64,000 nt of DNA from Bacteroidales bacterium (lineage in GTDB: Bacteria > Bacteroidota > Bacteroidia > Bacteroidales > VadinHA17). The stretch lies in NCBI GenBank assembly GCA_003141415.1, contig PLLX01000182.1, positions 22,606-86,605 of the forward strand, given 5' to 3'. The notes beneath the pieces are model-generated. The model did no database searches, was not told the DNA's origin, and worked only from the letters and a program-made list of their open reading frames with translations. The translations under genes were made by a program, and so were the position numbers. Of the stretch, positions 10,453 to 20,688 are shown piece after piece (within the stretch, counting starts at the first letter, position 1; each line of letters starts with the position of its first letter).

Positions 10453-10857
10453 TTAATAGGTCGGTTTCAGTACAATTTTTTTATTTCCGGAAATTTCGAA
10501 AAGCCACTTTTTAAAAGGAGGAGGTCCGAATTTCCCAGTTACATTATTTGAAAACCCGTAACCCTCTGCTGGTTTTCCTACCAGGTTTGTATCCATTTTC
10601 CCATTCAGATTTTCATCATGATAATACCTTACAGCATATTTCCCGGGGTTGAGGTCCGGAACAGAAAAGAAACACTTATTCTCCTTAATCGGACTTATCT
10701 CCTGGGTAAGAACCTTCTCATGTTCGTCAAAAACCTGCAACATTATATTTCCTGTATTATTTCTTACTTCAACTATTTCAATTTTAAGTTTAAACTGTGA
10801 AAAGCAAATATTTGAAATCATTATAAACCCAAAACAAACTGCATCAAACCTTTTCAT
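10453..10857 (-). CDS. DUF2141 domain-containing secreted protein
   Basis: 134 aa with a signal peptide. ...YHDENLNGKMDTNLVGKPAEGYGFSNN... is the typical DUF2141 core. Confidence 0.7.
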   Translation of the reverse strand: MKRFDAVCFGFIMISNICFSQFKLKIEIVEVRNNTGNIMLQVFDEHEKVLTQEISPIKENKCFFSVPDLNPGKYAVRYYHDENLNGKMDTNLVGKPAEGYGFSNNVTGKFGPPPFKKWLFEISGNKKIVLKPTY

Positions 10858-10864
10858 ATTGATG

Positions 10865-13660
10865 TTATTTATTTAAATGGGCTCTAAAGTTATACTCTCC
10901 CGATGGTATTTCACAAAGTGTTCGAGCAGAAGAGACCTCAATAATCTTTACTTGTTTTACCTGGTTAATAAGTATTTCGTTCTCAAAAATGAATCGCGGG
11001 TTAGTCTGTGGAATGGAAATAATAGCACTGCAATTGACCGGTATATTAACTTTCATGATAATATTATTTTTCTCAATTTTCCAGTTGCATGTAATATCAC
11101 CATGAACAGTTTTATATGTTGTTTCGGCCCATTTCAGATCTCCAACAACTTCAGGATAAATTATAATTTTATTATAAGAAGCAGAGCTTGGAGATTGCCT
11201 TATTCCGCCTATTCCACTGTAAAACCATTCCATCAGATGCCCGAGCATCATGTGGTTGTTAGAGACATATTTTAATGCGGCCCATGATTCGGTTAAAGAT
11301 GTAGCTCCTTTCGAAAGCTGGAAGCCGTATCCGGGGACATCAGTTTTTGAATTCATCTCAAAAATGAGCTGTGATTGACCTGCCTCTTCAAGGGCTCTCA
11401 ACAGGTACCTGTATCCAACATCGCCGGCAGTTAAGTCTTTATTATTATCATTTATTGATTTGATAAAATTTTTCACAACATCATTTTTAAATCTATTATC
11501 GACCATCCCAAAGAACAGAGGCATTGAATAAGCAGTCTGACTGCCGGTTGAATAAATTTTTGTAACAGGATTAAAAAACTTCGAATTGAAGGCTTTACGG
11601 ATCTCTTCAGCCATGTTAACGAAGTAGACGGCATCTTCTTTTTCACCAATCATCTTCGCCATTTCCCCCAGAAGTCTGGAATCGTAAAAGAAAATTGATG
11701 TGGCCGTTAATGCTTTAGGTGTAAGCTGAGCCTCTCCCGGGAACTTCGGACCTAAATCATACCAATCACCCAAACCATAATTAAGTATATATTTGTCAGC
11801 CATTCCATTCAGATATTTTAAATATCTTTTCATCATTGGATATGCTTTTCTGACTGCTTCTTTATCACCATACCATTGATACATATCCCAGGGTAATATA
11901 ATACAGGCACTTCCCCACTCCGGAGAATCACGGAATGCTCCTGCGAAGGGCACATATTCGGGAGCAATATCCGGGACTAAACCGTTTTCAAGTTGTGCCT
12001 CGATCATATCATCAATTACTTTATTGTAGAGATTATGAATATCATAAAGGAATTTGATGGAATTACCCATCAGGTGGGTCTGTTCAAGCCATCCAAGTTT
12101 TTCACGGTGTGGACAGTCAGTTGCCACGCTTACAAGATTGCTTTTTACAGACCATTTGATGAGATTATATATTGAATTGAAAAGTTCATTTGAACATTTA
12201 AAACTACCTGCTTCCGGAGAGGAATTCCTGGTATGTAAAAACTGTATATCTTTTATTACAGGCAGATTTCCGGGGTTTGGATATATATTGGGAACAGCTC
12301 CGTTTACCTGCACATACCGGAAACCATAATAAGTAAATCTTGGCATCCATATCTCTTCATTTTCACCTTTTAACGTATAGGAAAAATAATATGGTTCGCC
12401 AGTTGCCTGTTGTGTAACAAGAGAATCTTCTCCAAGCAGTTCCCCGGGAGTGAAACGGATTTCCTGGCCCTTTTTACCTCTAACTTTTATTTTTATTATT
12501 CCCGATGCATTCTGCCTGAAGTCATAAATAAAGATACTGTCCTTTTTAGTGTAGATTTTTTTATAATCCTTAACTTCAGAAACTTTAACAGGGTAGTCTG
12601 TTTCAGGCGCCAGATTTCCGGTTGGCTCCTTCACGTGAAGAACTTTTTTCCACGATTTGTCATTAAATCCGGGTCTATCCCATCCGGGCTGTTCCATCCT
12701 GGCATCCCAATCTTCACCTCCATAGATACTTGTAAATGTTATAGGGGAAGAAGATGTTTTCCAGGATTCATCACTTACGATTATCTTTTTGGAACCATCG
12801 TTATATTGGATTTCAAGCTTTAATATCATTTTTGGAGCCCCGTAGGCAATGACAAGTTTTCTGTAGCGCTCCCTGTTAATATTATAGAATCCGTTTCCTA
12901 CTATTGTCCCGACAGTGTTTATTCCTCGTTTCAGATTTTTAGTTATATTGAAGGTATTATAGAAACAGGTTTTCCTATAATCCGACCAGCCGGGAGAAAG
13001 AAAATGATCGCCGATTTTGTCTCCATTTATGTAAAGTTCGTATTGTCCCAACCCGCTTACGAATGCATAAGCCATAGTGATTTTCTTTTCTATTGAAAAA
13101 TCTTTTCTGAAATAGGGTACTGTAGTCCTCTTTTTAGCAACTTCTCCAAGATTATCACCGTTTCCGTGGACGCCAGGCACCAATAATAAGGAATCAGGTA
13201 TTTCTTCGTATCCTATCCAACTTGCATTACTCCAGTCCTTTTTAGTAAACAAACCGGTGACAAATTTTCCTGTTTTGCTCCAGGAAGATGATTTGTCATC
13301 TTCATCCCATACCCGTATTCTCCAGAAATACTCTTTCGCACTTTCTAATGAAGATCCCTGATATGGAATCCAGACCGATTCTTCAGAGAGAATTTTTCCC
13401 GAATCCCAGATCGTACCAGGGTGGTTTCTTATTATATCACTGTCTGAACCGACAATTATCTGGTAAGCAGTCTGAATTTGTCCGCGGTGATTGGCTTTAA
13501 GTATCCAGCTGAAATCGGGAACTGCACCTGTTCCTTCAGGATTCTCTAATCCATTGCATTTTATTTGTGAAATTGAAAGAAGGGAGTCGGGGGTTTTTAT
13601 ACAGCTACAAAAGAGAAGACATGAAAAAACGGCAATCACAGGAAGTGTTTTAAGTTTCAT
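10865..13660 (-). CDS. Alpha-L-rhamnosidase (glycoside hydrolase family 78)
   Basis: 931 aa with a signal/lipoprotein peptide. N-terminal rhamnosidase domain motifs (..AKEYFWRIRVWD..) and catalytic six-hairpin region (..VATDCPHREKLGWLEQ.., ..GATSLTESW..). Confidence 0.85.
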   Translation of the reverse strand: MKLKTLPVIAVFSCLLFCSCIKTPDSLLSISQIKCNGLENPEGTGAVPDFSWILKANHRGQIQTAYQIIVGSDSDIIRNHPGTIWDSGKILSEESVWIPYQGSSLESAKEYFWRIRVWDEDDKSSSWSKTGKFVTGLFTKKDWSNASWIGYEEIPDSLLLVPGVHGNGDNLGEVAKKRTTVPYFRKDFSIEKKITMAYAFVSGLGQYELYINGDKIGDHFLSPGWSDYRKTCFYNTFNITKNLKRGINTVGTIVGNGFYNINRERYRKLVIAYGAPKMILKLEIQYNDGSKKIIVSDESWKTSSSPITFTSIYGGEDWDARMEQPGWDRPGFNDKSWKKVLHVKEPTGNLAPETDYPVKVSEVKDYKKIYTKKDSIFIYDFRQNASGIIKIKVRGKKGQEIRFTPGELLGEDSLVTQQATGEPYYFSYTLKGENEEIWMPRFTYYGFRYVQVNGAVPNIYPNPGNLPVIKDIQFLHTRNSSPEAGSFKCSNELFNSIYNLIKWSVKSNLVSVATDCPHREKLGWLEQTHLMGNSIKFLYDIHNLYNKVIDDMIEAQLENGLVPDIAPEYVPFAGAFRDSPEWGSACIILPWDMYQWYGDKEAVRKAYPMMKRYLKYLNGMADKYILNYGLGDWYDLGPKFPGEAQLTPKALTATSIFFYDSRLLGEMAKMIGEKEDAVYFVNMAEEIRKAFNSKFFNPVTKIYSTGSQTAYSMPLFFGMVDNRFKNDVVKNFIKSINDNNKDLTAGDVGYRYLLRALEEAGQSQLIFEMNSKTDVPGYGFQLSKGATSLTESWAALKYVSNNHMMLGHLMEWFYSGIGGIRQSPSSASYNKIIIYPEVVGDLKWAETTYKTVHGDITCNWKIEKNNIIMKVNIPVNCSAIISIPQTNPRFIFENEILINQVKQVKIIEVSSARTLCEIPSGEYNFRAHLNK

Positions 13661-13724
13661 CTACCAGTAATATTAAAATATTCAAGTAAATATATCTGAT
13701 AAAAAGCAAAAACACTGATTTTGT

Positions 13725-13761
13725 ATAAAAAATGTAGAGACGTTGCATGCAACGTCTCTAC
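13725..13761 (-). terminator. Intrinsic terminator downstream of mscL (28-bp perfect palindrome plus U-tract)
   Basis: GTAGAGACGTTGCATGCAACGTCTCTAC (13734-13761) is a perfect 14+14 palindrome. Read on the minus strand it is followed by ATTTTTTAT. A second small hairpin, ATGGATTTGAAATCCAT, lies at 13789-13805. Confidence 0.6.
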
Positions 13762-13819
13762 TCTACCGATATAGTATTATAAGATCCTATGGATTTGAAA
13801 TCCATCGTCCAGATTCAGT

Positions 13820-14227
13820 TTATTTTTTCAGCAGATCGCGGATCTCTGTAAGAAGAATTTCCTCTTTTGTAGGGGCAGGAGGAGCAGGAGGTGCAGCAAG
13901 CGCAACTTCTTCTTTCTTCTTTGCAGCAACTATTGCTTTAATAACTAAGAATACAACAAAAGCCACAATCAGAAAATCGAAAGCTGCCTGAAAGAAATTT
14001 CCATAATTCCAGGTAACAGCAGGATTTGTTCCAACGGCTGCCTTGAGGATAACTTTCAGATCGGTAAAGTTTACACCACCAATAAGTAATCCAAGGGGAG
14101 GCATAAAGATGTCAGCTACTAACGAAGAAACAATTTTGCCGAAGGCAGCACCAATAATGATGCCGACTGCCATGTCAACAACGTTGCCTTTCATAGCAAA
14201 GGTTTTAAATTCATCGACTAGTTTCAT
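13820..14227 (-). CDS. mscL: Large-conductance mechanosensitive channel
   Basis: [48 protein letters not shown] matches the highly conserved MscL N-terminus/TM1. 135 aa. Confidence 0.95.
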   Translation of the reverse strand: MKLVDEFKTFAMKGNVVDMAVGIIIGAAFGKIVSSLVADIFMPPLGLLIGGVNFTDLKVILKAAVGTNPAVTWNYGNFFQAAFDFLIVAFVVFLVIKAIVAAKKKEEVALAAPPAPPAPTKEEILLTEIRDLLKK

Positions 14228-14252
14228 AATTTCATGTTTAAGTTATTCATTA

Positions 14253-15203
14253 TTAAAAATTATACGAGAATCCAACTCCGAGTATTTCTTTGAACTGAAT
14301 CAGGGACCCTATCGATTCCCCGGTTTCAATTATTCCGTTTCCGTTCCTATCGGCCGGAACTTTAATCTTGTCATCATAAACAAGTTGGGTATTAATATTA
14401 GCAGAAAGAAATTTATTCACTTTAAACGCTATTAATGTTTCCCAGTTTACAACAATGTTTTGTGGTTTATGAGCATAGTCAGTGAAAAGATCTACCTTTG
14501 AAGTAAAAGTAACATTTTTAAGGAGTTCATTTTTAAAATCATTTTTAGTATAGATAGCTCTTAAGTATCCTCCGAATTCACTAAGTGACTTTTTACCGGG
14601 TGTAACTCCAAAAGCACCGGCATCAGAGAGTTTTTGATTGTTAACAAAAGTAATTTTGCCTGTCGCCGGCGCAATAAATGCACTGAAATGGTCATTGGGT
14701 TTATAATCCAGTCCAAGTGCCAGTAAGAGATATGCCGGAGAGAATATATCAGAGATCTTATTTGTAACATCGGGATATTTATACCCCGGAGCCATCTGTG
14801 TTTTAAAATTCAAAAGAGCGGCGTAATAGAAGTTCTTGAAAGCTTCATATCCGTATTTTGATAAGAAATCGAATTTATCATCAGTTTTCTGATAACCGGA
14901 TCCTCCTTGTTTAAGAGTACCATATCCCAGATCCAAAGAGTTGACCCATATAGATTTATTCATTTTATAGTACGCAAAGACGCTGAGGAGTCCGTTTATT
15001 GCAAAGGAATTTTCACCTCCTGCAGCCCAGTTTGTAAGCGATGTCTGAGCAAGGTTTAAGGAAAATACACCACCTTTTTTCCATCCCTGTATGGAATCAG
15101 CAGATTGGGTTCGTAAGGTCTTTTCAACATCAGTTACCTGGCTGAAGGCTAAAATGCCAAATCCAGAAAACAGTAATACTATTGCAAAGAATTTCCTTCT
15201 CAT
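14253..15203 (-). CDS. DUF3078 domain-containing outer-membrane protein
   Basis: Signal peptide and the signature ..SLNLAQTSLTNWAAGGENSFAINGLL.. A beta-strand-rich sequence ends in ...GVGFSYNF. Confidence 0.75.
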   Translation of the reverse strand: MRRKFFAIVLLFSGFGILAFSQVTDVEKTLRTQSADSIQGWKKGGVFSLNLAQTSLTNWAAGGENSFAINGLLSVFAYYKMNKSIWVNSLDLGYGTLKQGGSGYQKTDDKFDFLSKYGYEAFKNFYYAALLNFKTQMAPGYKYPDVTNKISDIFSPAYLLLALGLDYKPNDHFSAFIAPATGKITFVNNQKLSDAGAFGVTPGKKSLSEFGGYLRAIYTKNDFKNELLKNVTFTSKVDLFTDYAHKPQNIVVNWETLIAFKVNKFLSANINTQLVYDDKIKVPADRNGNGIIETGESIGSLIQFKEILGVGFSYNF

Positions 15204-15340
15204 TATTATTTAGCTTTTTAGTTGTTAAAATTTTAAATCAATCAACACAGTCAGATATGATGTGATTGTTTTGTGAGTGTAAAGTGAAACATAATTTTCT
15301 CAAAACTAATTAAAATCAATTATTTTCAAAAAAAACTTCA

Positions 15341-15793
15341 CTATTTATTTAAAAATCCTCCAAGAAGATTTTTTGCTGTCCCCAGGATACCACTATTTCC
15401 CGGTGTCCCAAAGAGCTCATGCAAAGGAGAAGGATCATCGTCAGGCGTGGAATTATTATGTTTTGTAATCATATTTATCAATTCTGGTAATGCTACTGAT
15501 GCTATGTTATTTGATTCTTCCGGTGAGAGACCAAGCTTACTTGTAAGATTAGAGATTACTCCGGATGAAATATTAGATTGAAGCTGATTTGCGCCATCAG
15601 TGTTTGGTTTGTTCGAAAAAAGATTCATCACTTCTGAAAGTTTCCCGCTGAGAATATGCCCGGCTACTTCTTTCTTTGTAACGTCATTAATAATCGAAAA
15701 TATCTGGTCGAAATGACCTTCTGAAAGATTGGTCTGACTCATAATCTGGCCTCCAACTTCCGATTTTAAGGAGTTGATCAGTTGTTCAAGCAT
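15341..15793 (-). CDS. Hypothetical protein (no signal peptide, Ser/Asn-rich)
   Basis: Clean 150-aa ORF in a coding-dense context. No motif I can assign. Confidence 0.5.
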   Translation of the reverse strand: MLEQLINSLKSEVGGQIMSQTNLSEGHFDQIFSIINDVTKKEVAGHILSGKLSEVMNLFSNKPNTDGANQLQSNISSGVISNLTSKLGLSPEESNNIASVALPELINMITKHNNSTPDDDPSPLHELFGTPGNSGILGTAKNLLGGFLNK

Positions 15794-16079
15794 GTTCTAA
15801 ATTTTAGATTTGATAACTTCAACTATCTTTAGTACAACATTTATCCGAAATAAATGTTTGACCATAAGTGAATATTTATTATTTCTATGCAATAATAATA
15901 ATTTTATTTTGAAATATAAAAGTTGTAGAAGACAGTGAGATTGGATTTTAGAATGGTTATTAAATTCATTTCAACATTTGATTTTCTAATTAATTACCTA
16001 CAACTTTACCTGAAATTACATCTAAACTTCTAAATTGCATATTTAGATAATATTTATAAATATACTAACATTTCAGACT

Positions 16080-17597
16080 ATGGATAAGAAAGAAAAGTTT
16101 TTGGCGGATATTAACAACGGTTATGCCTGCAGTGGTGACAGTATAGTTCTCGGAAGCGCCATTCTTGATGGACAACCGATTCCCGGAGCTCAAGTAAAGA
16201 TTCCGTTGAAAACAATGAACAGACATGGTTAGATTGCAGGTGCAACTGGAACCGGAAAGACCAAAACTCTGCAAGTGATTTCAGAACAATTGTCTCAAAG
16301 AGGAGTTCCGGTGCTTCTTATGGATGTTAAAGGCGACTTAAGTGGTATTGCGAAACCGGGGGAAGAGAAGCCTTTTATACTCGAAAGACATGCTAAAATA
16401 AATCTTCCTTTTTCAGCAAAAGGTTTTCCGGTGGAATTGATGTCCCTTTCTCAACAGGATGGGGTGCGCTTAAGGGCAACTGTTTCTGAATTCGGTCCTG
16501 TGCTCTTTTCTCGTATTCTCGATCTGAATGATACCCAGGAGGGCGTCCTTTCAGTGATTTTTAAATATTGTGACGACAACCAGTTGGCATTGCTTGACCT
16601 GAAAGATCTGAAAAAAGTTGTCCAGTATGTAACTGAAGAGGGGAAGACAGAGATGGAAAAGAGTTATGGTAGTATATCTACAGCCACTACCGGAATAATA
16701 ATTCGAAAGGTTCTTGAACTTGAACAACAGGGAGCTGATTTGTTTTTCGGTGAACTCTCCTTCGATATAAGAGATCTTATGAGAGTCGACAAAAACGGTA
16801 AAGGGTACATAAGCATTATCCGACTAACCGATATTCAGGATAAACCAAAACTCTTCTCCACTTTTATGCTTTCGCTTCTTGCCGAAGTATACAGCCAGAT
16901 GCCTGAAAAGGGCGATGTTGAAAAGCCCGAACTGGTTATATTTATTGATGAAGCCCATCTTATTTTTAACCAGGCAAGTAAAGCGTTACTTGATCAGATT
17001 GAAAACATTGTGAAACTGATACGTTCCAAGGGCATAGGAATCTTTTTTGTGACGCAGAATCCTATGGATGTTCCGGACGGGGTTTTAGCGCAATTGGGAC
17101 TTAAGGTTCAACACGCACTGAGAGCCTTTACTGCAATTGATCGTAAGGCAATTAAGCTATCAGCTGAGAATTATCCCGTTTCAGAATATTATAAAACAGA
17201 TGAAGCCATAACAAATATGGGAATTGGTGAGGCACTCGTAACAGCACTTAGTGAGGAAGGTATACCAACTCCACTTGCTGCTACTATGCTCCGCTCGCCC
17301 GAGAGCAGGATGGATATTCTGACTCCGGCTGAAATAGCTGCTATTAACAGCTCATCGGATCTGGTGAAGAAATACAGCCAGGTTATTGATCGGGAAAGTG
17401 CCTATGAAATCCTGAGTAGAAAAACATCTTCGGTTGATACATCCGGAAAAGGATCGGAAATGCAGCAAAACCAGACTTCTTCAAGAACAACATATGGAAG
17501 AAGCGCCAAAACACCACAGGATGAAATAGTCAAAGTTCTGACGAGCGCCACTTTCATAAGAGGCGTCTTTGGGATACTCAAAAAGGTAATGAAATAA
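16080..17597 (+). pseudogene. HerA-like P-loop ATPase (DUF853 family) interrupted by an in-frame TAG
   Basis: The ATG at 16080 is in the same frame as the 16275 ORF. The translation ..MNRHG*IAGATGTGKTKTLQ.. has a TAG (16230-16232) just before the Walker A motif GATGTGKT. Walker B (VIFIDEAH) lies downstream. Confidence 0.7.
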
Positions 17598-17600
17598 CCA

Positions 17601-18023
17601 CTATCGTTTAACTTTTACACTATCTACAAGATATGGAGAATCACCACGCCAGAATAACCGTGCATTCTTCTGTCTGTAATGTACAATAACCGGCTGCCCC
17701 TGAAGAGTGTCAAATTGCCTTACCAGAGATTTGTTGGTTACGGTAAAGAGAAATTTTTCTGATGCAATTGCTACGTCCCTGTTACTGGATACGCTGCTTA
17801 ATATTATTTCGCCTTCATAGGTCTTGAAGATTGCACCTTTATTAGAAAATTTCTGTAATAATCCTGCACGGTAACCTTCACTATAAGTATAGAAATACTT
17901 CCAGTAGATGAAGATGAATCCAAAAATCACAATCAGGATCAGGGCCCATTTTAGAACTTTTTTTGTTCCCAGGACTATGCCGGCCCAAACGGAAGGTTTT
18001 GAAGATGAAGATAATGAACTCAT
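17601..18023 (-). CDS. Hypothetical single-pass membrane protein
   Basis: 140 aa. One TM segment (WALILIVIFGFIFIYW) is followed by a soluble domain. Convergent with the DUF853 gene across a 3-bp gap. Confidence 0.55.
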   Translation of the reverse strand: MSSLSSSSKPSVWAGIVLGTKKVLKWALILIVIFGFIFIYWKYFYTYSEGYRAGLLQKFSNKGAIFKTYEGEIILSSVSSNRDVAIASEKFLFTVTNKSLVRQFDTLQGQPVIVHYRQKNARLFWRGDSPYLVDSVKVKR

Positions 18024-18073
18024 TTGAGATGTTTTTATAGGTTTACATTATTGGTTTTAAGGAACAATTTTAA

Positions 18074-18739
18074 TTATTTTTTTTTTGACAGGGCAACAAT
18101 ATCTTTCACTTCAAATACAGGTTTTTCGTGACCATAAATTACTGAGTTTATCATAGCTATACCGACCTCTTTTAAAGTTGAGACAAATTTTGGGAATAAA
18201 GCCCTGAGAGGAAAGAACAAAATTCTGAATACAACATAATATCCATGTATGTTTTTTGCATCTTTTGCCGGTAACATAAATCCTGGACGAAAGGCAAAGA
18301 CCTTTTTGAATGAAAGCTTCATAAGATCGTTTTCAGTTTTTCCTTTTACCCGTGCCCAGTTCAGCCTGCCTTTTTCAGAGCTGTCTGTACCTGCTCCGGA
18401 TATATAGCAGAAAGTCATTTCCGGATTTTGTTCTGAGAGGATTCCAGCCATATACATTGTAAGTGTATAAGTCAAAGAATAATATTCGTCTTCCTTCATC
18501 CCGACGGAGGATACCCCCAGACAGAAAAAACAAGCATTGTATCCTTTCAACTGATCAGCAATCGGAGAGAGGTTAAAAAAATTGGTGTGTATAATCTCGG
18601 TTAATTTGGGCTGTATTACTCCACATGGTTTTCTGTTAATAACCAAAACTTTTTCCACATCGGGATGAAGAAGAGATTCCATGAGGACTCCTTCCCCAAC
18701 CATTCCGGTAACTCCTGTAATTATTGCCCTTATTTTCAT
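18074..18739 (-). CDS. NAD(P)H-binding protein (atypical SDR / NmrA-like)
   Basis: N-terminal Rossmann motif AIITGVTGMVGEGV. 221 aa. Confidence 0.75.
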   Translation of the reverse strand: MKIRAIITGVTGMVGEGVLMESLLHPDVEKVLVINRKPCGVIQPKLTEIIHTNFFNLSPIADQLKGYNACFFCLGVSSVGMKEDEYYSLTYTLTMYMAGILSEQNPEMTFCYISGAGTDSSEKGRLNWARVKGKTENDLMKLSFKKVFAFRPGFMLPAKDAKNIHGYYVVFRILFFPLRALFPKFVSTLKEVGIAMINSVIYGHEKPVFEVKDIVALSKKK

Positions 18740-18829
18740 TTAGCCTGTTATTAGGAATTAAGTTTCCATTTTCAAATCAAAAGATACTATTTTTTTAAAT
18801 TCCATTAATTTCTCTTCACCCTGTTTTTA

Positions 18830-18926
18830 CTACAAAGGTTCACAAAAGGCAGTACAAGACTCACTAAGTACCTTTTCTCTCAGAACTTATGTGTTTCCTC
18901 AGTGGCCCTCTGGGTACGGTTAGTGG
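18830..18926. repeat. Inverted array of about 10-11 bp periodic units (CACAAAGG-type arm, spacer, CTnTGTG/CTCAGTGG-type arm)
   Basis: Left arm CTACAAAGG TTCACAAAAGG CAGTACAAGAC TCACTAAGTACC. Right arm CTTATGTGTT TCCTCAGTGG CCCTCTGGGT ACGGTTAGTGG. Lies between divergent gene starts. Confidence 0.5.
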
Positions 18927-19002
18927 ATTTTGGTTATTGGCAATCAAAGATAAGACGAAATATTTTATATATTCGCCTAATGATTAATTAAGATGCAAGT
19001 GC

Positions 19003-19872
19003 TTGAGAACAATCGTAAATATATCACAGACACTGCTCGAATTTCTTCTTGAACAGTATCCGGATTCTCCCAGAACCAGGATCAAAAAATTATTACAGAG
19101 CGGGACCGTAAGGGTGAACAATAAACCAACTTCCCTGCATTCATTTTCTTTAAAACCTGGTGACAGCGTTGACTTCAGTATGCGAACCGGAATAGCAACT
19201 AAAGCACGGCTCCCTTTTCCTGTTTTATATGAGGACCAGTCCGTAATTGTGATTGACAAACCTGCCGGTATTGCTACATCAAGTATTGATGGAAGTGCAA
19301 ATGTACAATGGACCATTTCGGAACATTTAAAGGATATGAGCAAGGGAACAGTGAGGACTTATGTGGTGCATCGTCTCGATAAAGAGGTTTCAGGAGTACT
19401 GTTACTGGCCAAATCGGAAATGGCGATGGATACCATAAAAGACAAATGGGAAGAGACAGAAAAACATTATTTTGCCTTAGTTGAAAAGATCCCTGAAAAT
19501 CCGGAAGGCACTATAAAGAGCTGGCTGATAGAAGATAACGCTATGAAAATGCGTTCGGTAACTGAAAGAGCTGATGCCAAACTTGCTATCACACACTATA
19601 GAACTATCAGGAATATAGATAATTATGCACTCCTTGATATAAAAACAGAGACCGGACGTAAAAACCAGATCAGAGTGCATCTCTCAGATATTGGCTGTCC
19701 GATCGTAGGAGATCGAAAATATGGCGCCTCAACTGATTTTATACGGCGAGTCAGGCTTCATGCGTGTTCTATCTCATTTCCTCATCCTTTGAACGGAGAA
19801 ATGATAACAGTTGAATCGCCTCTGCCAAAAGGTTTCTTGTCATTAAAGGCCGAGGATGAGCATTATAAATAG
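19003..19872 (+). CDS. RluA-family pseudouridine synthase with N-terminal S4-like domain
   Basis: Catalytic motif HRLDKEVSGVLLLAKS and GRKNQIRVHL. The start is uncertain (TTG at 19003, no in-frame ATG nearby). Confidence 0.85.
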   Translation: MRTIVNISQTLLEFLLEQYPDSPRTRIKKLLQSGTVRVNNKPTSLHSFSLKPGDSVDFSMRTGIATKARLPFPVLYEDQSVIVIDKPAGIATSSIDGSANVQWTISEHLKDMSKGTVRTYVVHRLDKEVSGVLLLAKSEMAMDTIKDKWEETEKHYFALVEKIPENPEGTIKSWLIEDNAMKMRSVTERADAKLAITHYRTIRNIDNYALLDIKTETGRKNQIRVHLSDIGCPIVGDRKYGASTDFIRRVRLHACSISFPHPLNGEMITVESPLPKGFLSLKAEDEHYK

Positions 19873-19877
19873 ATTTT

Positions 19878-20669
19878 TCATTTTTTCTTATCTTCGCCTG
19901 TAGTAAAGAAGGCTCTGAATGCAGGATAATTTCCTAATGGTTTTATGGTATCAGGTGCAGTTGCGATAATCCTGAAAAACTTAGATTCAAGCGGTCCAGT
20001 AGTGTGAGACTGGTTTGCTACAGGTTTACCTGTTACATCGACCTCAAGTAACGACAGACCATTCCCATTCAGACCGTTTTTAAGATTCAGTACAGCATCC
20101 TTACCATTTGTTTCACGAAGATGTACAGTACAATATTTCCCATCTGCAGACGGTTCAGAATTAATTAGAAAAATATTTGAAGGACATCCGGTCATGTAAT
20201 GTTCAGCCCTGAATGTAAGCAGACGTTTTCCGGAAGGTGATTCCCACCAGAACATAGTAGGTTTATCAGCCGTTCTATCTGGCTGGCCTGCATTTAAGGT
20301 ACTCATCCACAGGCCATGCCGCTTCGCATGTCCAGCGAAACTTCGCATTGTCGGGATAGCTATCAGTTGCATCACAATAATCAAGAGCATAATCGATATA
20401 CCTCAGATGTTCTGCCAGAATTTCAGTTTGAGACCGGGTATATCCAATATCAGTATGTGTATGCTGAATAAATTGTATTTTCCATTTTTTTACAGGATCA
20501 AGTTCTTAGCAGGTATTCTTAAAATCATATATCCATGATTATCACCGTTCTGATCGAACATAATTGAATTAAAGCTTAATGAAGAACCATTTTCAGCTTT
20601 CACTTCCCAGACAGGAAGTCCGTCAGTAAAAAAAGAATAGTTTTTCATTCCTTCAACAGAGAGATCCAT
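19878..20669 (-). pseudogene. Collapsed GH38-like alpha-mannosidase remnant
   Basis: Three frames carry pieces: MDLSVEG..RIPAKNLIL*; KIQFIQHTHTDIGYTRSQTEILAEHLRYIDYALDY..FRWTCEAAWPVDEYL..* (stop at 20275-20277); and ..MFWWESPSGKRLLTF.. A frame change sits at the T7 run 20485-20491. The total is far shorter than a roughly 1000-aa GH38. Confidence 0.6.
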
Positions 20670-20688
20670 TCGCGACTGAACTCTTATT

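Noticed and set aside
15919-16007. 10-bp inverted repeat AAAGTTGTAG ... CTACAACTTT in the divergent promoter region upstream of the DUF853 gene
   Set aside because: It is a single occurrence with a ~70-bp spacer in very AT-rich sequence. It could arise by chance, and nothing ties it to a regulator.
16230-16232. Possibility that TAG is recoded (a sense codon) in this organism, which would make the DUF853 gene intact
   Set aside because: TAG clearly terminates other well-conserved genes in the window at their expected C-termini, for example the acyl-CoA ligase at 239-241 and VIT1 at 30976-30978. A nonsense mutation or sequencing error is more parsimonious.
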